From Candidatus Poribacteria bacterium (GTDB taxonomy: Bacteria; Poribacteria; WGA-4E; WGA-3G), in contig OZ251998.1 in assembly GCA_965246985.1 (NCBI GenBank), forward strand, positions 4,063,381 through 4,127,380: DNA of 64,000 nucleotides, written 5' to 3'. Shown here one piece after another: positions 9,582-18,448 of this stretch. Under the pieces are notes generated by a model. It searched no databases and was not told where the DNA came from. It saw only the letters and a program-made list of their open reading frames with translations. Numbering within the stretch: the stretch's first letter is position 1; every line of letters starts with the position of its first letter. The translations under genes and the position numbers were made by a program.

Positions 9582-10457
9582 TTAATTTGTTACCTGCATC
9601 TCAATATCAAAAGCCTCTTTCCGAATCCGGAGGTCAAAGTAGAGCAACGCATAACCAATAACGCCAATCGGCATCGTGAGAGCAGCGATGACTAATGAAC
9701 CTAAAGCGCGAATTGTATAATAAACCCATCCTATATCAATTGGAGTCGGCATAAATAAAAGGCGAAGCGTCTCCAAAAAATTACCGTCCTCTGCTCCGGT
9801 ACCACCTGCTAATGAAGAAAAAATAATGGCGTAAGAGGTCTGCAGTATAAACGCTATCATCAAAGCGATCAGAGAAATCGCTAACGTTATCCCAAACACT
9901 CGCCACCAAGTGCCTTTAACCAATTCCGTACTACGTCGCAACGCATTCCTGGCTGTAGTCTCCTCAAACAACACAGGAAACGTATAGAGACCCCATCGAA
10001 ACCCAAAATAGATTGCGAATGGGATACCAATAATCGTAATTGATAAGCATATTACAACTAAATAGTAGAGAAATGTACTGCCGAGAAACGGCAAAAAACG
10101 TCGCCATGCTTGTCGCAAGGCATCTTGAGAGGTAATATCTCTGCTTAAGTACACCTGCGCGCTCGCGTAAGCCAACCCTCCAGCAACCCAATAAGCCAAT
10201 AAGATACTCGCAATAGAAGTCAACACTACTATCACGATAGATGTACTCGGTGTGGCAGCAATAGCACCAAACACAGAAACAAGGCTTGTCACAAATCCCA
10301 AAACGAGATAAACAACGACGATTCCTAAAAAAAGTCGAAAGTGACTCCGATAGAGACTGAACATTCCGTCGAGGATATCAACAAGAGACATCGGTTGAAG
10401 AGGCGTAGAAGTTGTTTCACTATTATCTGACTGTACTAAATCGTTGCGTTCGTTCAT
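9582..10457 (-). CDS. Polytopic membrane protein; the intact member of a tandem paralog family with a conserved C-terminal YFDLRIRKE(A/G)FDIEM motif
   Basis: 291 aa, about 7 TM segments; paralogous to 10516-11536 and more weakly to the IS-split gene at 8282/5057. Confidence 0.6.
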   Translation of the reverse strand: MNERNDLVQSDNSETTSTPLQPMSLVDILDGMFSLYRSHFRLFLGIVVVYLVLGFVTSLVSVFGAIAATPSTSIVIVVLTSIASILLAYWVAGGLAYASAQVYLSRDITSQDALRQAWRRFLPFLGSTFLYYLVVICLSITIIGIPFAIYFGFRWGLYTFPVLFEETTARNALRRSTELVKGTWWRVFGITLAISLIALMIAFILQTSYAIIFSSLAGGTGAEDGNFLETLRLLFMPTPIDIGWVYYTIRALGSLVIAALTMPIGVIGYALLYFDLRIRKEAFDIEMQVTN

Positions 10458-10515
10458 TGTTCCTCCTGTTCCAAGAGCAGTTATTATATATGTTTATTCT
10501 ATCACACTTAACACT

Positions 10516-11536
10516 TCACATCAAACCTTGTTGTAAATTATGGACCCGCATCTCAATATCAAACCCCTCTTTTCGGATACGTAAATCGAAGTAGAGAAGC
10601 GTCACACCGATCACATGAATCGGGAGCGTAAAGGTTTCCGCGCCGAGATAGACAATATACATAATCAACGTATCCAAAGATGTCGGTCTCAGGTCCGTAT
10701 ATCTCAAACTGAACAGATCGCCAATCGTCTCCATTACGCCACCGTCTCCAACGATTCCCAACAAGGCAAGGACGACACCAAAAGAGTTAGCAAGTATATA
10801 GATAATTGCCAGACAAAATAGTGCAATTGCGAATACGATTCCGCAGACGCGTCCCCAGGTCCCTTGAACTAACATCTTGCTCCGTCCAAGTGCGTCCCCA
10901 GCTGCTGTAAATTCCTCATTCAAAACAACAGGACCGTAGAGAACCCAACTCACCAAATAGAAGCATAAAAACGGCAAAAAAGCGACGCGTAGCAGACTTA
11001 CCAGAGTTGAACCTCCAAGTAAATCCAATGTCCAAATAATCTCAGTGAGTATTAAATAGATCAACGAAGCACCAAGATATGCCATAAACCGAGAACCGAA
11101 GCGTCGTAACGCGAATTGAATTGTAACACGCCTCCGTAAATAGAGTTCACTGCATGCAACGACTGATACCAAATTAACCCCATTTGTAGCGCGAGGTCCC
11201 TGTGCCTCGCAAGGCTGACTTGATCAAAAGACTTCTAATCACGTTAAGTTGGTATGATACACCTATAACTAACATATATATGAATGTATCCGACACACTA
11301 TCCACATCAGAAATAATGTCGTCAAGGCGCGACGAACTCGATCTTTCCAATAAGGAAACGATGATCCCTTCCTGTAGTGCTATTAAGACGAAATAGATAG
11401 AGGCGATCCCCAAAAACAGCCGTAAATTATCTCGGTAGAGACTCAACGTAGCGTCCAGGATACCACCAAGTCCCATCGGTTGGAACACGGGTATTTGCCT
11501 GTTGTTTGTCTTTGATGTATCGTTTGGATTTAACAT
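10516..11536 (-). pseudogene. Paralogous membrane-protein gene interrupted by an 84-bp MITE
   Basis: N-piece (11536-11255) and C-piece (11166-10516) align one after the other to the 291-aa paralog; by hand count the two pieces are 1 nt out of frame after removing the MITE plus one TA. Confidence 0.65.
11169..11252 (-). repeat. MITE derived from IS630 type 2 (TIRs CCAACTTAAC / GTTAATTTGG), flanked by a TA duplication
   Basis: ~90% identical to the tandem copies at 22024-22198; termini match the IS630 type 2 TIRs at 5672 and 7245; TA at 11167-11168 and 11253-11254. Confidence 0.8.
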
Positions 11537-12009
11537 CTGTACCTAATCCACAAGAAATACGAATCTTCTACGACGCGAATTTAACACATAACTCGGATAA
11601 TCCAGAAACGCTTAAGACCGAATCACGTGCTTATTTTACTTAGGCAAGTTTCATGCCAATTGCCTTAAGTAAAGGAAATGTTTTTGCCAATATCGTTAAA
11701 AACCCCGGGATCTTCTATTGGAATACGCCCAAAATACAGGTATACAATAGGTTTAAGAAGAAGAAAACCAACATCCGTTTCTTGCTAAAAAAAACACTTT
11801 ACTGAAGATGAGTGAATCTGTTTGCAATATAAATCTTACGAGAGGACGCATAAATTGTTAGTTGGTATGCAAAAACTGTTGGACCCTATGCAGAAATTGA
11901 TTCAATCGAAGTTACATTTTATCTGTCTCCAGCTGCTGTGTCAAGTCATAGATATTTAACCACCAGAGGCATTCAGTTTTCCATTTTCTAACTTTATCCC
12001 ATCTTCGCT

Positions 12010-12154
12010 GGCGAGGTTTCATGAGGATTAAAAAATAAATTCGGTAACCGTTTATATGGGAAATCATTATGGATCGCGAGCACAGCTCGCTCCTACAGCA
12101 AGAGGTCACTGATGCATTACCGAATTAAATACTGAAACTTCATCCAACCTCGCC
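12010..12154 (+). repeat. MITE derived from IS630 type 1 (termini GGCGAGGTTTCATGAGGATTAAAAAATAAATTCGGTAA ... TTACCGAATTAAAT...ACCTCGCC)
   Basis: 145 bp; both ends resemble the 40-bp TIR of the IS at 1260-2522; no ORF; an internal sub-repeat GCGAGCACAGCTCGCTCCTACAG is also seen at 43300. Confidence 0.75.
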
Positions 12155-12274
12155 TACCGACAACTGACAACCGACTGTTGATCACTGATGGCTGACTGCT
12201 ATAAGGCTTTGCGTTCAACAAACAAGTATGGTATACTCTATCTATTATTGGATTCACGCACAAAGGAAAACGGG

Positions 12275-13183
12275 ATGCCGAATGCGCGTAGTAAATGGAA
12301 AGATAGATGTATATACGGGATAGTGGCGGTCTTCGGGTGGTGGTGCCGCTGGCTTCCGAAAAGCTGGGCAATCCAACTCGGGCGCGGCATAGGGCTTCTC
12401 TATTATTATCTCGTCAAAAAACGGCGGGAGATTGCCTTGAACAATTTACAGATTACATTCGGCGACCATTTCACAGCATCGCAGCGCACAGAAATCTGTA
12501 AGGCGAGTTTCATCAACGTCGGCAAAACCTGTATTGAATTCCTCCGATTTCCCAAACTCAACGCTGAAAATATTTGGAACGAAGTCACTGTAGAAGGCAG
12601 AGAAAATCTCCATGTCGCTTTAGAAGGCGGCAAAGGCGCGATCGTGTTTCTCGCACATTTCGGAAATTGGGAACTCCTATCGCTGGTATATGGTGCGTTG
12701 ATTCCAGACCGTGCGAAAGCCATCGCTTTCCCTCTGAAAAATGATCTACTCAATGCTTACATCCGGCAACACCGCGAGCAGATGAGTCTGGAGTTAATTC
12801 CCCAGAAACAGGCAGTCCGCGAAACGTTGCGCGCCCTTAAAAACAACCAAGCGGTCGGGTTCTTCGCCGATCAGAACGCCGGTCCAGAAGGCGTATTCGT
12901 CGAATTTCTCGGAAAACCGGCTTCCGCAGTTCGCGGTCCCGCTGTATTTGCCCTCAAGACTGGCGCACCGCTCCTCTTTTCACTCGATATACGCCAACCC
13001 GATGACCGGCACCACGTCTATATTTCATCTCCTATCCACACCGAACCGTCCGACGATTTTGAGCAAGATGTCGAATTATACACGACACAAATGCTGGAAC
13101 AGTTGGAGACCTATATCCATAAATACCCAGAGCAGTGGCTATGGCTTCACAATCGCTGGAAGACACAACCGCATTCGGACTGA
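12275..13183 (+). CDS. Lipid A biosynthesis lauroyl/myristoyl acyltransferase-like protein (LpxL/HtrB family); the ORF could start upstream at 12188
   Basis: N-terminal TM anchor and C-terminal ...YPEQWLWLHNRWK typical of the LpxL family. Confidence 0.7.
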   Translation: MPNARSKWKDRCIYGIVAVFGWWCRWLPKSWAIQLGRGIGLLYYYLVKKRREIALNNLQITFGDHFTASQRTEICKASFINVGKTCIEFLRFPKLNAENIWNEVTVEGRENLHVALEGGKGAIVFLAHFGNWELLSLVYGALIPDRAKAIAFPLKNDLLNAYIRQHREQMSLELIPQKQAVRETLRALKNNQAVGFFADQNAGPEGVFVEFLGKPASAVRGPAVFALKTGAPLLFSLDIRQPDDRHHVYISSPIHTEPSDDFEQDVELYTTQMLEQLETYIHKYPEQWLWLHNRWKTQPHSD

Positions 13184-13206
13184 CAACAGAAGACTGACTG
13201 CTGATA

Positions 13207-14553
13207 CAGGGCTATTCAGTTTTCGGAATTTTTTGTAATATTTTTCACATCTGTTAATATTTTGAGATAGCACATATCGCGTGATTTTTCACGCGATATG
13301 TGCTATCCTTCACCGTAAAAAATGAACCTATTTTTTGAGGTGAATCATGACAAGCAGTTCCTCTTGCCACTTACTTGATATATTAGCAGAAGTGCCGGAT
13401 CCACGCCATAAAAAAGGCAAACGCTATCCTTTGGTCTCTATCCTGGCTTTGATCATCATCGGTCTGATGACGGGACATAGAGGTTATACCTCTGTAGCGA
13501 CGTGGGCACGGAGCCAACCCGAACTGATCCAAGCATTAGGTTTCAGGTCTAAGAAAACCCCGCGTGCGTCAACACTGCATAATCTCTTGAAGCGTCTTGA
13601 CGTAGTGAGTCTCGAAGCATCCCTAACGAAATGGGTGTCTTCAAAACTTGAAGACTTTCAAGCTTTCAAAACACAGCGTCTACAAGGAGTCGCTATTGAT
13701 GGTAAAGAGTTATGTGGCTCTGAAAACCCAGAGACGGGATACCGGACACATTTACTTTCCGCAGTCTGTCATGAGTTAGGGATTACCCTCGCACAACAGC
13801 CTGTCAGTGGGAAAACCAACGAGATTCCGATCTCAACACAACTCCTCAAAGCGTTTGATGTCGCAGAGAAAGTCGTGACGACAGATGCCCTTTTGACGCA
13901 GAGAACCTTTTGTAAAGAAGTTCTCGAACATCAGGCAGACTATGCGCTGCCTGTCAAAGAAAATCACAAACAGATGTATGACGACATTCAGCAACTCTTT
14001 GAACCCCTCTCGGAGACAGATGCCACAGAGGTTGAGACCCGACGCTTTGAAAACCTTCACACCCAAGAAGGCGCACACCTTCATACCTACACCCATGTTG
14101 AAACATCACACGGGTTGACCACCACACGCACCCTAACCGCAAGCACATTGCTCACAGATTACATCAAATGGCCCGGAATCGCTCAGGTTTATCAATACCA
14201 ATCTCAGCGAGAAAACACAAAAACAGCCCAGATCTCCTCGCAGACGCAGTATGGCATCACGAGTCTCTCACCCGAAGTCGCATCCGCAGAAGACTTGCTC
14301 AAACTCCGACGCGAACATTGGACGATAGAAAACAAAGTCCATTGGGTCCGAGACACCGTTCTCGGGGAGGACGCTTCACAGGCGAGAACCGGGAGTATAC
14401 CACAAGTCATCGCAGCATTACGCAACACTGCCATGTCTGTTTTACGCTTCGCAGGACACACAAAAATCTCTGAAACAATACGATTTCTCGCTTCAAAACC
14501 TTTACTCGCAGTTAAACTCATCCAATGAGAAATTGGAAAACTGAATAGCCCTG
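13207..14553 (+). mobile_element. ISAs1-family insertion sequence
   Basis: 18-bp perfect TIRs CAGGGCTATTCAGTTTTC (13207-13224) and its reverse complement (14536-14553); 10-bp TSD ACTGCTGATA at 13197-13206 and 14554-14563. Confidence 0.85.
13347..14528 (+). CDS. ISAs1-family transposase (H-repeat-associated type)
   Basis: 393 aa; N-terminus ...LLDILAEVPDPRHKKGKRYPL... is characteristic. Confidence 0.85.
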   Translation: MTSSSSCHLLDILAEVPDPRHKKGKRYPLVSILALIIIGLMTGHRGYTSVATWARSQPELIQALGFRSKKTPRASTLHNLLKRLDVVSLEASLTKWVSSKLEDFQAFKTQRLQGVAIDGKELCGSENPETGYRTHLLSAVCHELGITLAQQPVSGKTNEIPISTQLLKAFDVAEKVVTTDALLTQRTFCKEVLEHQADYALPVKENHKQMYDDIQQLFEPLSETDATEVETRRFENLHTQEGAHLHTYTHVETSHGLTTTRTLTASTLLTDYIKWPGIAQVYQYQSQRENTKTAQISSQTQYGITSLSPEVASAEDLLKLRREHWTIENKVHWVRDTVLGEDASQARTGSIPQVIAALRNTAMSVLRFAGHTKISETIRFLASKPLLAVKLIQ

Positions 14554-14644
14554 ACTGCTGATAAAAAATCTATTGCAGGAATGTTGGATCCATGTTAAAA
14601 TAGAGAAGAACATTAACCAAATCCTAAAACATAGAGGAAATCTC

Positions 14645-16189
14645 ATGAGAAGATACACTTTGTCCTTCATTGTCTTAGTCCTCGCTATCGGCATCCCGTT
14701 CTTGCTCATTAATCCCAGTGAAAAAAATGCGGTAAGTGGAGATGAACGCGTCACGCAAGCGACGTTAATCGCTACGTTGGATCAAGTTATCCAAATTGCC
14801 CAAGCAAATAGCTATAAACCGATAGAAGATCCGAATCAGATGTACCGTGGCGCGATTAAAGGCGCACTGGCATCACTGAAAGATTTCTACACGTATTATG
14901 TCCCGGAGCGCGAGCATCAGCGTGCTGTCGAAAATCTTTACAACGCAGAATTTGGAGGACTTGGTATCCAGATTTACCCTGATCATCGAGGATTCATCAA
15001 AATTTCTAAGCCAATACCTAATACTCCCGCCGCACGTGCTAATCTCCAAGCCGGAGACTACATTACTAAAGTTAATGGTCAGCGAATTCACCTTAGCGAA
15101 AAAACTGGGATGACATTGGACGATGTCGTCGATTTACTTAGGGGCAAACTCGACACCGATGTGACAATCACAGTCCAACGCAAATTCATTGACCCTTTTG
15201 ATGTAACGTTGACACGCGGTAAAATTCCGATCAACAGTGTCACGTCAACGATGCTTGAGGGAAACATCGGTTATATCCAAATCAAAGGTTTTATCGGCAG
15301 CAGACGGACAGAAGGCACGGAAGACGAATTCAACAAAGCCCTTAACGCACATAAATCCGCTGGTATGAAGGCACTTATCTTGGACTTACGAGACAATCAG
15401 GGCGGTTTGCTGAACGCTGCGTACCACATTGCCGACGCTTTTATTGATGAAGGCATTATTGTCTCAACAAAAGGGAGGAAAAGTGAATTTGATGAAACAT
15501 ACCGGGCGACATCTGATCCCCTCTGTCCATCAGACATCCCGCTCGTTGTCCTCGTCAATGAATCCAGCGCGAGTGCCTCCGAAATCGTCGCAGGTGCGAT
15601 TAAGGATACGCGCCGCGGTATACTCGTTGGGCAAAAAACTTATGGCAAAGGGGTCGTCCAAAAACGTTACGAACTGTTAGACGGTGCCTCAATGTCGCTC
15701 ACGATCTCCGCCTATTATACACCAAACGGCACTTCAATTAACGAAGTAGGCATCACTCCGCAAGTCCCTGTTACCGATGAGACACCCGATGAAATTGAAG
15801 GTATCATGCGGAGAAAGATGGACGCGAGCGATATACTCAGCGATTTCGTCACAAAATGGATTGATGATAACTACACGGGTCCCGGTGAAATGCCGAAAGA
15901 TTTCTCACTGCTTGAAACTGAACTCCCGAAACTACAGCAAACGCTTGAAGAAGCACGCATCCACGTCAGTCTAAAGTGGTTGAGACAGCGCGCCGAGCGG
16001 CTCTTTAACTCCCATGTCGGTATCAAACAGATAGTCAATCTGGCATACGATCAGCAATTGCAAGAGGCAATTCGTATCATTAATAACAATGAAGTTGAAA
16101 AGTATCTTAACCCACCAGAAGAGACGGAACCGCCTTCAACGACACATGCCAATACACCTGTGGAACCCGAAACAACGACTGAGGAATAG
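14645..16189 (+). CDS. Carboxyl-terminal processing protease (S41 family, CtpA-like); the ORF could begin at 14573
   Basis: Signal-anchor, PDZ region, ...LILDLRDNQGGLL... S41 catalytic region. Confidence 0.8.
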   Translation: MRRYTLSFIVLVLAIGIPFLLINPSEKNAVSGDERVTQATLIATLDQVIQIAQANSYKPIEDPNQMYRGAIKGALASLKDFYTYYVPEREHQRAVENLYNAEFGGLGIQIYPDHRGFIKISKPIPNTPAARANLQAGDYITKVNGQRIHLSEKTGMTLDDVVDLLRGKLDTDVTITVQRKFIDPFDVTLTRGKIPINSVTSTMLEGNIGYIQIKGFIGSRRTEGTEDEFNKALNAHKSAGMKALILDLRDNQGGLLNAAYHIADAFIDEGIIVSTKGRKSEFDETYRATSDPLCPSDIPLVVLVNESSASASEIVAGAIKDTRRGILVGQKTYGKGVVQKRYELLDGASMSLTISAYYTPNGTSINEVGITPQVPVTDETPDEIEGIMRRKMDASDILSDFVTKWIDDNYTGPGEMPKDFSLLETELPKLQQTLEEARIHVSLKWLRQRAERLFNSHVGIKQIVNLAYDQQLQEAIRIINNNEVEKYLNPPEETEPPSTTHANTPVEPETTTEE

Positions 16190-16228
16190 CTATAGTGACA
16201 TACAAAAATAGATAGGTATCTGCTGGTT

Positions 16229-16381
16229 GGCGCGCTTTGATGAAGATTAAGAATTTAATTCGGTAATGTGCGATGTTAATTGTCAGAATCAGGATTTTCA
16301 GGATTATAGTTTCTGTCTGTGATTGACAATCGTCTTTTACAGAATTACCGAATATTTTTTTAACCTGCAGGTAAGCGCGCC
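16229..16381 (+). repeat. MITE derived from IS630 type 1 (second copy)
   Basis: Begins GGCGCGCTTTGATGAAGATTAAGAATTTAATTCGGTAAT and ends ATTACCGAATA...GGTAAGCGCGCC; 153 bp, non-coding. Confidence 0.75.
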
Positions 16382-16414
16382 GATCAACAGTGTCTCGTTA
16401 CTTGAATACAACAC

Positions 16415-18346
16415 ATGAATTCCAGAACCGCAAACCCACCCGATGTCATCACGAAAAAAGCATTAATTGTCGGATTAATCTTAGTTGTCGTTAACGCTTA
16501 TTGGGTCGGAATCGCCAGCGAACTCTGGTATGCGGTCTACACATTGGTATCCCCATTCTCCAACGCTGTTTTTACGTTGGTTGTGCTCATCGCGTTCAAC
16601 GTCCTGCTCCGTAAACTCTCACCCCGTATTGCGTTCACCACTGCCGAATTGCTACTCATCTATATAATGGTGACAATGGTGTCCACGATCTCAGGACATG
16701 CAATGATGGCGATTCTAATGGGAACACTCGCGCATCCCTTCTGGTTCGCAAGCCCAGAAAACGAATGGGCACAACTCTTCCTACATCATATTCCGCCATG
16801 GCTCACAGTACACGAATTCGAGTTTTTAGCCGGTTATTATGAAGGCGAATCCAGCATCTACTGGGCAGAACACCTCCGCATCTGGATAAAACCCGCACTC
16901 CTCTGGTCAAGCTTTATTTTTCTACTCTACGGTTCACTGCTCTGTTTAGGGCTGCTACTCCGCAAGCAGTGGATGGAACGTGAAAAACTAAGTTTCCCGC
17001 TAACACAACTGCCGTTGCAGATGACAACCAATCGCAATTTTTTCCGATCCCGTGCCCTCTGGTTCGGATTTGGGATCGCTGCCCTGCTTCGCGTGATGGC
17101 TGGACTGCACGACATCTTTCCCGTCATTCCTGCCCTGCCACCGAACTACCGACTCGATCGGCACTTCACAGAACGCCCTTGGAACGCAATCGGTCACGCC
17201 TCTATGTCCTTTAATCTCGCGATTGTCGGATTAACCTATTTTATGCCGCTTGATCTCGCATTCTCAACATGGTTTTTCTTTTGGCTCACTCGCGCCGAAC
17301 GCGTCATCGCGAGTGCAGTCGGTGTCACTAATATCAGCACCCTGCATCTCAACGACCGAGCTTCGGGGGCTTGGGTCGGTATCGCCGTGTTAACGCTCTG
17401 GATGAGTCGACGGCACTTCGCTCGCTTCTTCCAACATGTAATCGGGCGCGAACGGGGAGACGATAGCAGAGAACCCTTCTCCTACCGGACAGTGGCTATT
17501 CTAACAGTGCTGAGTGTCGGGCTCGTCTTTGGGTTCTGCTACGCGGCGGGCATGTCGCTATGGGCAATCGGTGTGTTTTATGCGCTGTTCATCGCCTTTG
17601 CTATCGCCATAGGACGTGTGCGTGCCGAACTCGGGCCGCCTTACCACGAAGTCATCGGTATCAACCCACGGCAAATGATGGTGAGCATGTTCGGAACGCG
17701 GCAATTAGGTGGCGCGAATCTCACAGTGATGACCTTCCTCTACGCTTTTAACCGTTGCAACCGTTCACACCCGATGCCGAATCAGATTGAATCCCTACGG
17801 ATCGGCGAACGCTCCAGGATGCCCGGCAAAACATTGCTTTTAGGAATGGCACTCGCCATCGCTGTCGGTGCGCTCGCAACGTTCTGGACCTATTTACAGG
17901 TGGCGTATCATTACGGCGTACTTGCACAATGCCAAGGCGCTGTCGGGCGATTCGGATGGGAGAGTTTCAATCCACTTCAGAGTTGGCTGCAGCATCCGAA
18001 AGAACCAGATATCAGCGCGGTTGCCTTTATGTCTGGAGGGTTCGCTTTTGTGTTTCTCCTTAATTTTTTGCGGACCCGACTGCTGTGGTGGACACTTCAC
18101 CCATCAGGTTATGTGCTTTCAGGTGCATCGTGGGGCGGACTCATCTATTTCTGGTTCCCTGTGATGGTGAGTTGGTTCATCAAGTTTCTTATCCTCCGCT
18201 TTTCCGGGTGGCAGACGTATCGTAAAGCGATCCCCTTTTTCCTCGGACTCGTTTTAGGCGATTACATCCCGCGGAGCATCCTGAGTCTCATCAGCTTCGC
18301 TTTGCACCTCTACATGCCATCGTCTGGCGCGGGACACACGCTTTAG
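16415..18346 (+). CDS. Large polytopic membrane protein of unknown function (643 aa, 14 or more predicted TM segments)
   Basis: Long ORF with strongly hydrophobic segments throughout; no recognisable ABC-permease EAA loop by eye. Confidence 0.6.
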   Translation: MNSRTANPPDVITKKALIVGLILVVVNAYWVGIASELWYAVYTLVSPFSNAVFTLVVLIAFNVLLRKLSPRIAFTTAELLLIYIMVTMVSTISGHAMMAILMGTLAHPFWFASPENEWAQLFLHHIPPWLTVHEFEFLAGYYEGESSIYWAEHLRIWIKPALLWSSFIFLLYGSLLCLGLLLRKQWMEREKLSFPLTQLPLQMTTNRNFFRSRALWFGFGIAALLRVMAGLHDIFPVIPALPPNYRLDRHFTERPWNAIGHASMSFNLAIVGLTYFMPLDLAFSTWFFFWLTRAERVIASAVGVTNISTLHLNDRASGAWVGIAVLTLWMSRRHFARFFQHVIGRERGDDSREPFSYRTVAILTVLSVGLVFGFCYAAGMSLWAIGVFYALFIAFAIAIGRVRAELGPPYHEVIGINPRQMMVSMFGTRQLGGANLTVMTFLYAFNRCNRSHPMPNQIESLRIGERSRMPGKTLLLGMALAIAVGALATFWTYLQVAYHYGVLAQCQGAVGRFGWESFNPLQSWLQHPKEPDISAVAFMSGGFAFVFLLNFLRTRLLWWTLHPSGYVLSGASWGGLIYFWFPVMVSWFIKFLILRFSGWQTYRKAIPFFLGLVLGDYIPRSILSLISFALHLYMPSSGAGHTL

Positions 18347-18448
18347 GAACCGACAACTCCTAATTTGACAAAACGGAAATTACATTATATAATTATGATA
18401 AAGGGACAAAATCAGAGCGATCAACAGTCAAGATGAGACAGAAACCTA

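Noticed and set aside
9964-10191. Short ORFs antisense to or in alternate frames of the membrane-paralog genes and the DUF4350/DUF4129 genes (e.g. 2891-3109, 3127-3357, 4052-4300)
   Set aside because: They sit inside longer, better-supported ORFs on the opposite strand and have no RBS.
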